Assembly (NCBI RefSeq): GCF_037042905.1
Contig: NC_087251.1
Location: 6,326,001 to 6,390,000, forward strand
DNA length: 64,000 bases
Direction of reading: 5' to 3'
Source: Lytechinus pictus
Lineage: Eukaryota
This document shows, in pieces, positions 1 through 14,400 of this stretch. Numbering within the stretch: position 1 is the stretch's first letter; every line of letters starts with the position of its first letter. The translations under genes were made by a program, and so were the position numbers. Below the pieces are notes generated by a model that did not search any database, was not told the origin of the DNA, and saw nothing but the letters and a program-made list of their open reading frames with translations.

Positions 1-766
1 TGGCCCACATTGGTAAGTTAAGCTCTTTTACTTCTACCATTTGTTTAACTTGAAACTGTATAGATAGGCCTAGATAGTGACCAGCTCCATGCTTTCATTT
101 CACCATAATGTGGACCCTTCCCACATGCGAGTGCCTCAGGTGATGGTTTGTGTACACTACACTACATGAACCATCAGGTTGAGTCAATAGAAATTGGACT
201 GTCAATTTACAACTTGTTTACTTGCTATATTGCATTGCGTAATCCAGGCAAGACTACTAGTACCAGAGGCGTCTATTTAAATAATTGTTGAAATTAGTAT
301 GAAAATAAGGGTCTGTCACCAGAATTTAAATTTTGGGGGTCAAAATTGAATTAAATATAGTCTGCAGGTTTCGTTAGGGTCAGTGTTATGGCAAACAAGT
401 AATTGGTTTCTTTTGCTTAAACAAGATTTCTTCTCACTGGAACTTCATTCATTTTGCTAGAACTGTGCATTGACTTTCCCCAATGTTGCATTATCCACCC
501 TGTGTTTTTCCACATGGTTAGAGTATTTTATGGCCAGTAATTTAATATGCCTTCTGGCAATTCCATAAAATGACAAAGTTATAGTAAGCAATGTAATTTC
601 CTGGCAAAAGACCCTTGCCTTGGATTTTGGGCTGGCACAACTTTTTCTTGGACCTAGACCAAATATTTTGTCATTTCGTGTTGAGATTTTGACCATGGTG
701 TAGCCCACTGATAATTTGATTTATTAATCACAAATCATTTTTCTATGGCCTATTGTTTCCCGTCAG

Positions 767-1018
767 GCCAATGGAGAACCAGTATCTGTCTTTATAGTGG
801 ATCTCAAAAGCCATTCAGAATCCATAGCCCAGTTAGCTAAGAGTGCTCACAAGCGACTCAAGACACTTCGACATCCAAATGTACTCCTCTATGTAGATGG
901 GCTAGAGACGGACAATGTCATCTATGTTGTGACTGAGGAAGTGACACCATTGGCTACTTTCTTGAAGACTAATGCACCAAAAGAATCAACAATATCTTGG
1001 GGATTATATCAAGTAGTG
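767..1018 (+). CDS. SCYL1: SCYL1 exon (pseudokinase N-lobe)
   Basis: cag|GCC..GTG|gtaagt; [32 protein letters not shown]. Confidence 0.93.
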
Positions 1019-2407
1019 GTAAGTGTTGCTCCTGGAGAGGGTTTCATCAACATTTTTGCCCGACAAGTTGTCAGATCTGACAAATTTCCTTGAATTTGAT
1101 CGGCTGAGAAACACTGTTACTGTCAGATAAAACGTTAGACAAGTTGTTTTATGAAACACTCCCCTGTATGATGAATTCTTTAAAGTGGATATAGACTCTA
1201 TAGAGTAAGATACCTTGGTATTATGGTTGATAATAATTGGAGCAGATAAAAGTAGCTGCTGCAATTTGTGTTCATGCCAGTTTGTCTACAAACTTTTCAT
1301 TTACATCTCACAAATTTACAGAAAGGACTGAGTTTCTTGCACAATGACTGCAAACTTAAACACAACAATGTAAACCTAAGCTGTGTATTTGTGAATCGGG
1401 CTGGGGAATGGAAGCTTGGTGCAGTGGACTACATCACTCCATCTGAAGGGGAAGGCAGCACCATTCCAGATAAGGGACTGAAGTCTCTAGAAAAATACAA
1501 CCCACCAGAAATGACTGATATGAGAGCTAAAAAGAGGCCATGCCCTTGGTAAGTTTAGCATTTGCCATTTCCAAATCAATGAATTTGAAAATGTTTGTTT
1601 GCTTGAATACACTTTTGTTGTCTCGCCCACCAGAGGTGAAGGCGAGACTTAGGGATCCAAATGTCGTCGGTCCGTCGTCCGTCCGTCACAAACCTTATGA
1701 CACATAACTCCAAAACCGTAAGTCACTTGTCAACCAAACTTGGATGGTAGATGGACTTGGGGGACCTGCATGTTATGCTGCAGTCAGAGGTCACATGGTA
1801 AGGTCAAAGGTCATTTTCGGGTCAACGTTAAAGTTTACATGCAAGACTCTCTTATGACACCTAACTCCGCAGCCGTAAGTCACTTTTCAACCAAACTTGG
1901 ATGGTAGATGGACTTGGGGGACCTTCATGTTATGCTGCAGTCGGGGGTCACATGGTAAGGTCAAAGGTCATTTTCAAAGTCAAAGTTTATGTGCAAGACT
2001 CTTATCACAAGTGTTATTCCATCCCAATCATTTCACAATGATTTGATACAATTCTGTTGCGTGCCCTCGCAAATCATGATATTTCTGGTTATTTTCATTA
2101 GTGGGCGAGACACAAAATCGCTTTTGCCTTGTTTGTTATTATCTGAATTAAGCAGGGATTTTTTTACATCTTAAAATATTGCTGATTTATATTTTTGCGA
2201 AGTAATGATAATGGTTTGATAATTATTGTGTACATATATTCATGTGTTTGAAAAGAAAACCTTTACTCCAATGAAATTGCAGATTAAAAATTAATGGTGA
2301 ATGTGGCTTGCTATTTACACTCACAAATTACTCATGAGTACTATGATACAGAATATTGGGGTTGTAGCTGGTGCATTTAGTCTCATTTTGTCAATTGAGT
2401 AAAAAAA

Positions 2408-2458
<51 letters not shown>

Positions 2459-5400
2459 CATGTAACATGTTCATCAAAAGTGACCATCTAAAATATGTGA
2501 TTCTATTCATAGGGCTGCTGATATGTGGGGTCTTGGTTGCTTGATATGGGAGGTCTTCAATGGAACACTTCCAAGAACATCTTCTCTGAAGGCGCTTGGA
2601 AAGGTAAATGGAACTTTGTACGTACAATAATTTGTCATTTTTCCACAAATGATTTTATTTGAAACTTCTTAGTCCTGTTTCAGGATAATATGTACCGGTA
2701 GTCATTAAATTTACATTGTCATACAGGTTTGTTCTTTGTGGAACAAAGCTGTGTAATAATATCACCATGTGCATTGAAGAAAAGTTTGACAATGTGTACA
2801 GGAGTATATGACGTGTTACCTTGAATATTTTGTTCTAAAAATGTATCATGTTTATGAAAAGAAGAGCTTGAAGCTCGTAACATCTATTTTTCTGTGAATA
2901 TACAGATTTGCATCTTATAAAATAAAATGTAATTGAATCTTGGTACTAAATTTGTCATCTCCAAAATGCTGGTAAAACTTACAATCAATAGGAAGAATAT
3001 ATTTCTTCACGTAATGTTCATCCCTGTGTATATGTTCTGTAGATACCCAAACCTCTTGTACCAAATTACTGTGAGCTGGTTGGAGCAAACCCAGTATCTA
3101 GACCAAACCCAGCAAAGTTCATTGATTCCTGTAGGAATTCAGGTGGCTTTATGAAGAACAGCTTTGTTGATACTAATCTCTTTCTCGAAGAAATACAGGT
3201 AAGATATCCATGTTAGACTTCATTATTCAAGATACATTTCAAAGTGATTTTCATTTGTTGTAGAGTGTGTGCTTTGAATAACCTTCAGTATCATATTTTT
3301 GATTTTATTAAAGGAATCTACAGATGAGTTGTTATTTTTTCATCATCCTTCACTAAATCTTAGCGGCAATAATAGTAGTTAGAAGTATGTGGAGGTAGGA
3401 GAAGATTGTTTATAGTGAATGAACATACCAAATGGATTGTGATAAATGATAAAAAGCACATTCAGTACTTAGGTTAGGTCTTTTGAAGCAGATAATTATT
3501 GTGTACATCGACATATAAAATTTATGCAGTCTCATGGGTCAGAAGTATATGTTTTATGTCGCTTCAAAATACTGTATAAGCTGTTATTTTTGCAGGAGTT
3601 TTATTTTTGCGGATTTTGCGAATTGCCGATCGGCCGCGAAGTTTACAACACACAAAAATATTGACACATTTGGTGCCAATGTCCCCAACAGCAAAGCTTT
3701 GTAATTGCAAACATCCTGTAAAGTAAGAATAAGCACCTATACTTATGTACAAAAATAAGGTTGAAAATGTATGCTTAGTAATTTAAAAAGTTAGTTAGAA
3801 TTTCACTCTTTTATTTCTCAAACAAAATCAGAGTATTTCCTGACATATGTTTATCAATATTTATTCACTCCCTGCAATATTACAATGTATTTTCAATAAA
3901 ATAATTAGATTTTATTGTCATCTGATTGACTCTATACACACGCATTGGCAGCTATTTGCATACTCATTAATATTCATAAATCACTTGACCAGAGGTTTAT
4001 AAGGTGTAAGATTTTGTTTCCAAACTTCAATATTTTTGCACTGAAACCACCTTAAAAAAAATGAATCTAACAAAACACAGCTTCCAAAGATTACTCTTAC
4101 AGATCAAACTGTGACATGATAAATTTTCAGATCTAAAGGTAAAAAAAAAGTGAAATTCACGCCACTTTTTTCACACTTTGTAACTGTTTTTATAGGGACA
4201 TATTTATGTACAAAAGACATGTCAGCATAGGGGTTTTGAGGAGCATATTTTTGCTCATGTTTTTCACTATATTTGCTTTTGAAATGCTGATTGCGAATTC
4301 AACAACCTGTGAAAATGTCGGGACCCCCGCGATTCGCGAAAATAACAGCTTATACAGTAAGCTGTACGAGATTATTACAGTTCTCTGATTAAAAGGTTTT
4401 CATTCTCATCTTTCAGATCAAAGATCAGACAGAAAAGACAAATTTCTTGAGTGGTTTGAGCGCTGCCATTGATGACTTCCCCGAGGAGTTTTGTCGTCAT
4501 CGTATCCTTCCTCTCTTGCTACAAGCCTTTGAGTTTGGAAATGCTGGTTCAGCTATCCTTACTCCACTTCTCAAGGTTTGATACCTATTAATACAGTTTA
4601 TATATCACTGCTGGGATATCAAAACCACGTTATTCAAAAAGTGGAATGTCCCAGGCTTTGCCACCCCCGTAATAATATCTGTCTATGATGTGATCCGAGA
4701 AAATAATTGTATTATAGGAAGCCAAGTAGTGAATGAAATATGTTGATGTTTAAGTACTAGATTTCTGACTTAAACTTCATCTCATTTTGGGGTTGGATAT
4801 CAGGGGGGAAATATGAATATACAGTGATATTGGACAGTGCATGGAAGGTTGTTCCTTTTTTAAAACTGTTTTCCTGGAGGCTGAGATGTTTGAAATCTGT
4901 AAAATTGCATGTATTGCGGTATTGTACACCAGGGCCTGTATTCACTTAAAAGGTTCGATTGACTAATTAAATTACTTAGCATTTTACTTTACATTTTCTG
5001 AGGAGCGAAGACTTGGCTCAGTATTCCTTTTAGCTCATTGTCAATTCGTGGCCTATCTAACATTGTACTACATAATATTTGTTCTCCAAATTGTACAAGA
5101 AAAGATGAATTGAAACGTAAAAGACTATCAGAGAATATTCTTAATCCAAGTTCTATAAGTGTGCTGTTTTTCTGTTTGTAATTTTTTATATTTTTATCTT
5201 TATCATAGTTGGGTAAACTACTAGATGCTGATGAATACCAGAAGAGAATAGTGCCTATTGTAGTCAAACTCTTCTCATCAACAGATAGGAATACAAGAGT
5301 TAAACTATTACAACAGGTAAGATATTCATAACTCTTGTGAATGTTTTATTTGTTTGTTTGTTTGTTTGTTTTTTGCATTTCCTCTATCAATTCAACTCAA

Positions 5401-8400
5401 TTTAATTCTTTGTCATTTGATTGTCCTCAGTGTGGACATTTGTTTTACTCATAATTTACAATAACACTTGTCTACATTGACTTTACATACAGTTGGCAGC
5501 AAAATGATTCAACCCCCATCACATTTTCGACATTTTGGTGAATTAAATGATGTTGAAACTGCAGATTGTTACTAAATCATTTAAGTAGTTAAAAGATAGT
5601 TAATTACAATTGAATACCAGAGAAAAAAGTCCAGATTTAATTCCCAGTCTATTCTAAATTGCAGCTTTCACATAAAAAGCAGGTGGCAAAATTATTCAAC
5701 CCCCTATTTATATACAGGGATAAATACATTAATAATGACAAATGACAAGCCGTGTGCACATGTTTAGAGGTGAATTCAATGCAGCAAAGGAGCTGTAAAA
5801 AGGGCTTGGCTAAAGGCCCGGGCTAAAGGGGGCACTGAGGTTTCTGTGCACACAGTGCACCGCACACTTCATGCTGAAGGCCTGATGGCAAGGGTCCCTA
5901 GACACATATCACTTCTGAAGCCGCATCACAAGAAATGTTGCCTCCAGTTTGCTAGAACCAACCTGACAAAGCTACAGAAGTTCTGGGACAATGTTCTCTG
6001 GACTGATGAAACCAAGCTGGAGCTCTTTGGTCCTATGGATCAACGATACGCGTGGCGCAGGAAGAACGAAGCGTACAAAGAGAAGAACACTCTGGCTACT
6101 GTGAAGCACGGGGGAGGGTCTGTGATGCTGTGGGGGTTCTTTGCTTCTACTGGCGCTGGGAATCTCCAGTTTATTGAAGGCATCATAGATTCTGTCAGGT
6201 ACCAGGATATTCTAGCGAAGAATGTCAACCCATCTTTAAAGAAGTTGAAGCTTGGACATCATTGGACATTCCAGCAGGACAACGACCTCAAGCACAGCTC
6301 CAAATCTACAAAGGCCTGGCTGGAGAAGAAAGAATGTAAGGTCCTTGAATGGCCATCACAGTCTCCAGACCTAAACCCAATCAAGAATTTGTGGTGTGAT
6401 CTGAAGAAAACTGTTGCAGCACGTAGACCTATCAGCATCGCTGACCTTGAGACCATTGTGCAAGAGGAGTGGGCCAAAATCTCCAAGGAGCGTTGTGAGA
6501 AGCTTGTGAGAGGCTATTCATCTTGTGTGCAGGAGGCCATTGCAACCAATGGATGCTGCACAAAGTACTAAAAGACACACCCATCTGGGTTGAATGACGT
6601 TACAACTTGTTTGTTGTGCATATAAGGATTCCAGTTTCATGTGGAGGATAAATGAAATCAACATTCACCTCAAAATATATGCACTAGCTTTAAAATTGTC
6701 ATTATTTGTACATTCCTTTCTTGTGTATAATATAGGGGGTTGAATAATTTTGCAACATGCTTTTTGTGCGCAAATTGCAATTTCAGATGAACTATGAAGT
6801 AAATTTTGATTTTTTTTCTCTGGTATTTTTTAGTAATTAACTGTCTGCTAACTATCTTAATGGTTCAGTAGCAATCTGCAGTTGCAATGTTATTCATTAT
6901 GACGGAATGTCAAAAATGAGAGGGGGGGTTGAATAATTTTGCTTCCAACTGTACATAGATTACATTTGTATACTGTATGTAATTATACAGAATGATATAA
7001 TAACAAAGACAGTGACGAAGAAACGTAACATGCCACTTTTCCTGTGAATTTCAGATACAATTGATGCAAGGCTAAAAAGTGAGCGAATATGGCAAAGAAA
7101 TTTACTTATTGTTGATCATGCAACAATTTGATAGTTTGTTCATAAGTATTAGTGCTTTCATCAGTTGCTAATGCCACTTTGCAAAAAATACAGGGGTTAA
7201 CAGCATCTATATCACATCGATAAAGAAGGGACGTGCTTAATCAGTATTGTTATGCTTACATTGACATGTATGTTTTTTTTTTGTGTGTTTCAAAGGGGAT
7301 TAGGGACAATATGGTGTTAGAGTGAATATGTGAGAAAAAAAAGAAACACAAAAAAGACTATGGGATTATTGTGTGAAAGAGAGAGAGAGTGCGGGGAGGG
7401 TTTCAACATTCATTATTTATACAATCTATGTGTTTTCTTGCAGATGGATCAGTTTATAGAGCATCTCCAACCAGCTGTTGTCAACGATCAAATCTTCCCT
7501 CACATTTGTCATGGTTTCAATGATACAGTGCCTGTTATAAGAGAAAACACAGTTAAGGTAAGACCGTTGATGTCTTTCATGGTTTTAGACCTTTTGTTTT
7601 AGATTGCCCAACATTGATTAGAGTGGCTGTCGGGTGATAGCAACTTTTGTATTTTCTTTGAAGTTTTAGATTTTGATAATTTAGATATTTACATAGCATA
7701 CCTTTCCGTCAAACAAAGTGCATAAGGCGCTCCAACCTTACCAGAGCTGGGGAGTGTTTCATCAACAGTTTTGTCTGACAAGTTGTCAGATCTGATATCT
7801 TTCCTTGATTTTGATTGGCTGAGAGGCACTGTTCCCATGGTAACTGGGTGATCGATAACAATGCTCCCATCATTCAAAGCATTGAGTTCCTTCTGGTACC
7901 CATTTACACCCGAATGTTGAGTGTCAAACCAAGACTCGATACACAAGTGCCAGAGTGGGATTTACCCTGGACCAAATGGCACTTTATCTGAGAACCTATC
8001 TGGGCCAGGTTGGTGTTCCATAAAGCTGTTTGTTAAGTTAAGCATGATTTTATGCTCTACTGGAACGTGATCTGGTGTGAAGTCAGCTACAAAGGGATGT
8101 ATCATATCATATAGCATGAGAAAGGGTTACCAGTCGTGCGTAAAGTCATTCATATCTTTACGAAGAGTTTTATGAAGCACCTACCTGGGGTGGGGTTTGA
8201 ATAGTGTATTCACAAATTATGAAAATGAAGACCCCCCTCCCCCCCAAAAAAAAAAAATTATAAATGCCTATTTGCTTTCTTGACAGTTAATAAACTAACA
8301 CACACACAACTTTTTTTTTAATCGTCTTCTTATTCTCGCTTTATTGATGTTATTCTTTTAGGCTATGCTTCTACTAGCTTGCAAGCTGAACGACAAGAAC

Positions 8401-11400
8401 CTCAATATTGAAGTCCTTAAACACTTTGCAAGATTACAAGCCAAAGATGAGCAGGTAAGACAATGTTAGTTCAGGTTGTAAAGTGGCAGCCTCTATAGGA
8501 GGTCCTTATTCCTTGGTTCATTGCCTTGCAGAGTCACACCAAACACCCAAAAAAGGGTTATTCTGATTTTCAGTTTATAGATGGAAGAGGGGAGAACATG
8601 AAACTGATGGGGGAGGTGGAACAGAAAAAGTTTTCCCTTTTTTGTATTTTTTGAATTGTTTTCCTTGATGTAGATCATTGAAGTGCGACCGTTTTTCTGT
8701 TTAGAGTGATGAAAGTGGAAGCGGTTTTTGAAACAGAAAGACTAATTATCCGAATGTACCTTGATTCCTGTTCCTTCTTACCTGCTCTTTGTCAATCCCT
8801 TAATGCTTGTGTTTTCCTGTCTCACTTTTCCCCTTGACTCCTTATCACCTTGTCTATTTCTCTCCCTTTCCCTGTATTCTCTTTCTGCTTCCTCCCTCTC
8901 CCCCTTTCATCTTCATTCCTCTTCTTTTCTATTTCTTCATCATCATCTCATTCTTTCTATCATCTCCTTCCCTTTTCTTTTCCCCTTCTTCCTTTTCACC
9001 TTGTATCTCTTTTACTAATTATTCCTTCTCATTATCACCTTCTTTTCTTTTCTGTATATTTCTCCTTTTTCCCTCCCTTTCTTGCTTTTCCCTTTCTTTT
9101 TTTTTCAACGCAAACACTATGCACTGTATTTTTTTGACGATGTAATTTGGTACAATACATACAACTTTTATTAAAAATTTTTTTAACCTTCACAGTTTAC
9201 TACGTTGAATTCTAATTATCTATAACTTGAACAGATTTTTTTTTCTAGTAGCCCCGCTACCACGCTCTCTTGTCCTCCTTATTTACGTTGTATCCCCCCA
9301 ATGCACCATTGATCAGTTAGCCCATCTCATTTATTATGCTATAGTTCTTGGGATTTTTTCTTTCGCCTCTAATTCTACTTGCTGTTTCGTTTCTTTATTT
9401 TTTTGTCCTTCTCCTTGCTCTCGTTATTCTGCCTTTAATTTTCTCCTTATCCTACATCTCTTGTGTATCATATATTCAATTTAATCCTTGATTGTACACG
9501 ATCTGGTACTCATTTCGTTTGTTTATTTTGCATAATTTGTATGTCTCATCTTTCTTTTTTCAATCATATTGATTCTATAACTTTGGTATTTTTTTTTTTA
9601 GTTCTGTGATTCTAGTAAGACAGTAATGTCGTATTAAACATATTTTGTCTTGTGATAATATTTGTTTATCTTATGTTATGTACTATTTGTTGTATTATGT
9701 ATTTGTTGTGTTAAATTGAAAATTATGCTATTGCCTTATGATTTCAATCTTTTATATTGTAAAAGCTTTTTGTAATTTGGCTTTATGCTGTGATTGAAGT
9801 TTTTATCTCAATAAACCATTTTGAATTGAAATAAATTGAGATTATTATACTTTCTATCCTGGTATGTATGTACCATATAATGGGGAAACATATTTTTATG
9901 ATTTTGCCATGAGAAAGGAATTCATGAGTGTTATTTGCATGTTTTCTGGTATCACATTTTTTGCATAAATAAAACCACCTTAAATGGTTGAGCATGTGGT
10001 CTTGGTCATGCTGTGTAGAAAGGGTAATGATAACATATGATGTTCTTGTTGGCCTATGAATGGGTAGTTGAAAGTCAAAACGTTTTCCTGAAAAAAATTG
10101 AATAGTATCATTTGCAGAATTTTATTGTATTCTGATTTATTTAACTTGTGCAAATGTTTATTTCCATAGGTTGCCCATTTTTGGAGATGTAACAGAGTTC
10201 AGAGTGATAGAATTGATGATTGTGCTTATATCATTAACATTTTTCTTTTATGTTTCAGGGAGGAATCAGAACAAATACAACAATATGCCTTGGCAAACTT
10301 GCTGGCCATCTCAACCCTGCGGTAAGTCATCATATATCTTATCCCTTATATCTGTAAGATATCAACACAAAAAATGCATTATTTTCATCAAATAATGTAC
10401 TAATTTGACAATTCTATGAAGTGTTTACATCCAACCCCCATATATGAGACCTTCATGTAATGATGGTCTCTGTTTTCTAGTTTATATAACAAGTTGTAAT
10501 GTTCTCAAATTATCAGAGCCTGAGAATGAAGAATGGAGAAAAAAATTGGGGTACGACATGAAGAAAGGTTGATTATTCATGGATCCTACAATCTGACTAA
10601 GAGGTAGTGTATCACCACTCACATATTATGCTGTATTCTGTTCTTTATTCAGACAAGACAGAAGGTACTGTCATCTGCATTTGTAAGAGCGATGAAGGAC
10701 CCCTTCCCACCTGCCAGGACAGCTGGTGTCCTCTCCATGCTTGCCACTCAGAGCTACTATTCTCTCAAAGACTGTGCTCTAAGGGTTCTACCAACCCTCT
10801 GCACACTCACTGTGGATCCTGATCAGGGTGTCAGACAGAATGCCTTCAAGGCCATTAAGATCTTCCTAGACAAACTGGAGAAGGTCTCAGAGAATCCAGA
10901 ACTGCTTGAAGAAATGGGTAAGAAATTGTCTGGATCCCTTTCCCCAAAAAATCCCTCCCCCAGATAAAAACCCCACACATTTTTAGGGGAACGATACATA
11001 CCCTTTTCCTCTTGTTGCCTCGATCCCCCCAACGGCGGTAGCTACACGTTATCCATGGAGCTTATAGCTCCATGCGTTATCTATTGTAGTGGGCGTAAAG
11101 ACAGTGTTCACTGCAGTGTCAGTGCAAATTATAGGCGGTATTTTTATGGAAATGAAATCGAACGATGGCCAAAACTGTTGGATAATTTACCTGCTAAAAT
11201 GATTGAGGTATAAATCGAGCATACATGAACCTCAAAAGAAAGAGAATGAATGACTCGATGAAACTAACTTTTACAATTAGATCATCGTGGCGGGTATCGC
11301 AGCTTCGCAATGTCAGCCATTGTTATACTGAATGTAGGCTCAAACATGATAGATAGTGCTGTCCGTATTGAGGCCTAGCGTTAGCTAGTAAAACATGTGT

Positions 11401-14400
11401 TGTTTTTCCCGGGAAACAAAAAGAGAATGTGATAAAATGTTTGCACTGCACCCCGATTTACTGGAAAATTATCCTGCCTAAGTTCTTTCGGTGATTTGGG
11501 TGAGATATTTTCATGAAAAATAATGTTATTTTAGGTAGAATATATTGGAAAATATATGTAATTAAAGTGAGTTTGTGTATAGGATTGAGTTTAGATTGCA
11601 ATCTCATTTCCTCAAGTACTAGATTGAATTAAAAAAAAAATCTTGGCAAGTGTGCGTCCGGATAATAGAGAGATCCAGATAAGGGGAAGCCGGATAAGAG
11701 AGGTTGGACTGTAAGTCTAAAGTTTAAAAAAAGTACTAAACGTAAAATCATTGACAGCTTTATCACATTTATTATCTATACTAAATCACATGTTCTAATC
11801 ACACAGAGGCTGATGTAAACAAAGCAGGTGTATCATCTCAGAACCCATCAAGTTGGACAGGATGGGCTATGACATCTCTTACATCAAGGTTATATAGGGG
11901 AGCTGGTAGTAAACCATCAACACCAGGAACAGGTGGCCCTCAACAAGGTAAGTGTTCCAGTAATCAGTAAAATTGAAAAAGTGACAATTTTTCTTCTTAT
12001 TTTAACAATCATAACTTCAATGCTATGCATATTTGTAGTAATGAAATAATGCATAGATCATCATTTGAAAGCACATTGGTTATTATTTCACTCTGAGTTC
12101 AAATTATATGAAGTTATAACTTTGTTGATTTTATCTTCACATTCCTCTGAAATTCTGGATTTATTACTGATGATGATGATGGTGCATCCCAACTTTAAAG
12201 GTTGTATCTTTATAAGAAGATGGAATTCTTGATTCTAAGTCTTCCCACATCCATACTGAAATAGGCCACAAGGAAAATCTGAACTTTTACTTGTTCTATT
12301 TGATTTGCAGCCAAGTCAGACACAAGAGCAACCAAACCTGATGAAGGTGAAAGGCCATCGCCAATGACGAGGGTTGATGGTAGCAGAGGTAGAGACTCTG
12401 ATTCAGATTATGGAAATGAAGGAGGCAATGATGATGGATGGAATGACAATAACTGGGGCAATATGGAGGTATGCTGAATTTATTAAAATCAAACATAAAT
12501 TTTGGTTTGATAGGATAGGAGACCAGTTAGAGAGTGTAGTGTGAACATATATACAAAAGATTTATTAAAGTATATGTCAAATCTGACATCTTTGCAATCA
12601 TGATTCCAAGTGTTAGTATCATATAAGGCAATTATTGTTTCATAAGTAGGCTGACCTTTGCATGTCATATATTGATGCATGCATGCTGGTCTGAATTATT
12701 TTGTACTCTCTTCACTAGCTCTCACTGCATGGTTTCTTATTCCCTTTTTCACAAATAATTATTACATAATTTGCTTTGTTCTAAAATAATAAGAAATGTA
12801 AACCTGTATGTAGAAAATGACAGCATGAGTTAGTCAACACCCTAACATTTATTTTGTTGTGTGTTCAGATAATTCACATGCAAGTCCTCTCATACCTTAT
12901 ACAGGGGCCGCGGAACGGTTTTCAAAGTGGGGGGGGGGGGGCTGACCATGCTAAAAATCACAATCATATGGTCATTTTTACGTTTTTGTACACGGTTTTG
13001 GAAAAAAGTGGGGGGCTGAAGCCCCCCGGTTCCGCGGCCCCTGTTATATATGTTGCATGAATCATTTGTAATTTGTTGTAAAATATTTTCCACCTGAACT
13101 TTTTACACTGAATCCTGAATCTCTACAAAATCATGATTATTATAATTTCTGTATGTTTGTGTAATAATTCAAGGATGAAGAGGAGGAAGACACAACTACA
13201 GCTCAAGATACACGGAATACAAATGAATGGGACTCTCAAGGATGGGGTGATGATGATGCTGATGATGATAACAACTGGGACAGTCTTGAAACACCTGCTA
13301 CAAGAACTAGTAAATCATCTCTTGCATCATCATCAACAGCAAAGTCAAAATCATCTGCATTAAAACTAGGAGGAACCAAGAAGACACAAGACATGGACTT
13401 TGGTGATTGGGGTTTAGATGAACCTATGGTAGATATGAAACCCATCAAGACTAGTTCTAAGCTGTCCAAGAGTCGGTCAGGTTCAGGGAAATCTACTCCA
13501 AAGGGTAGTCCAAAGAAGGAAATGAGGAACGATGCTGACCTAGGAGGATGGGATGATGGTGATGATGCTGGTGGATGGGGAAGCATGGATGCAGTAGCAG
13601 ATGATGATGGAGATGGTGATGGTGGAGGAGGATGGGGAGATGATGATGACTGGGGTGCTATGGAAGACTTGTCAGTGTCACCTACCAAACCTGCTCAGAA
13701 ATTAAAGGTATAATTGTAAAGGAATGGTGGATACATGGAATGTTGTTCCATTTGGCATGTTTCAAGTTGACTTCAAGCATAAATACTCAGGTTGTATGTT
13801 CCAGTGCAGATTAAAATTCAGGAATTACTGTTTTTGAAAGTCTTGTCATTTCAAGTTTGCTTTGGTTTTGGATCCTAGATTATTCTAAATCTCTTGAATT
13901 TGACATTGGTAGCAGTTTGACCTTCCTGATATCGACTAATGGCCAAAGTCAAAATAATTTGTAGATCAAATTATACATTTATCACGTTTGAGGTGAAGTT
14001 ACCTGTACTAATTTTCTATTAATATTAGTTAAATAGAGATATGACTGTGATTCATGCTTCATGTATTCCACTTCAGCAGTAGCAACCTGACCTCATGCTC
14101 AGTAGACAATGTTCCGATTGAAGGTAAACGTGTTGACATTGTTGTTGTTTTTCACTTGCAGCCAACCTCCAATCCTCCTCCAGGATGGGGAGATAGCCTA
14201 GACTTTGAAGAGGACAAGAGCCACACTCCAGCAAGCACTTACAACTGGGGACAAGATTCTAATGCACATGAAGACTTCTTTGGTGCAACAACCAAGCCAG
14301 AGGTGAATTATGAATGAATGAAAGAAAGTACATTTATTTCCAACGATAAAAGCATTAATACATGTTTAAGAACTTGAACAAAACAATGGAGGTAGCAACC

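Noticed and set aside
1..18. TTG|GTAAGT as the end of SCYL1 exon 1
   Set aside because: In phase 0 it reads WPTL, not the basic segment expected before the next exon; too little sequence to support.
8761..9484. Hydrophobic ORFs resembling membrane proteins
   Set aside because: Low-complexity pyrimidine-rich intron sequence with no splice or homology support.
13236..13688. 150-aa minus-strand ORF
   Set aside because: Antisense shadow of the GAT/GGA-rich SCYL1 exon.
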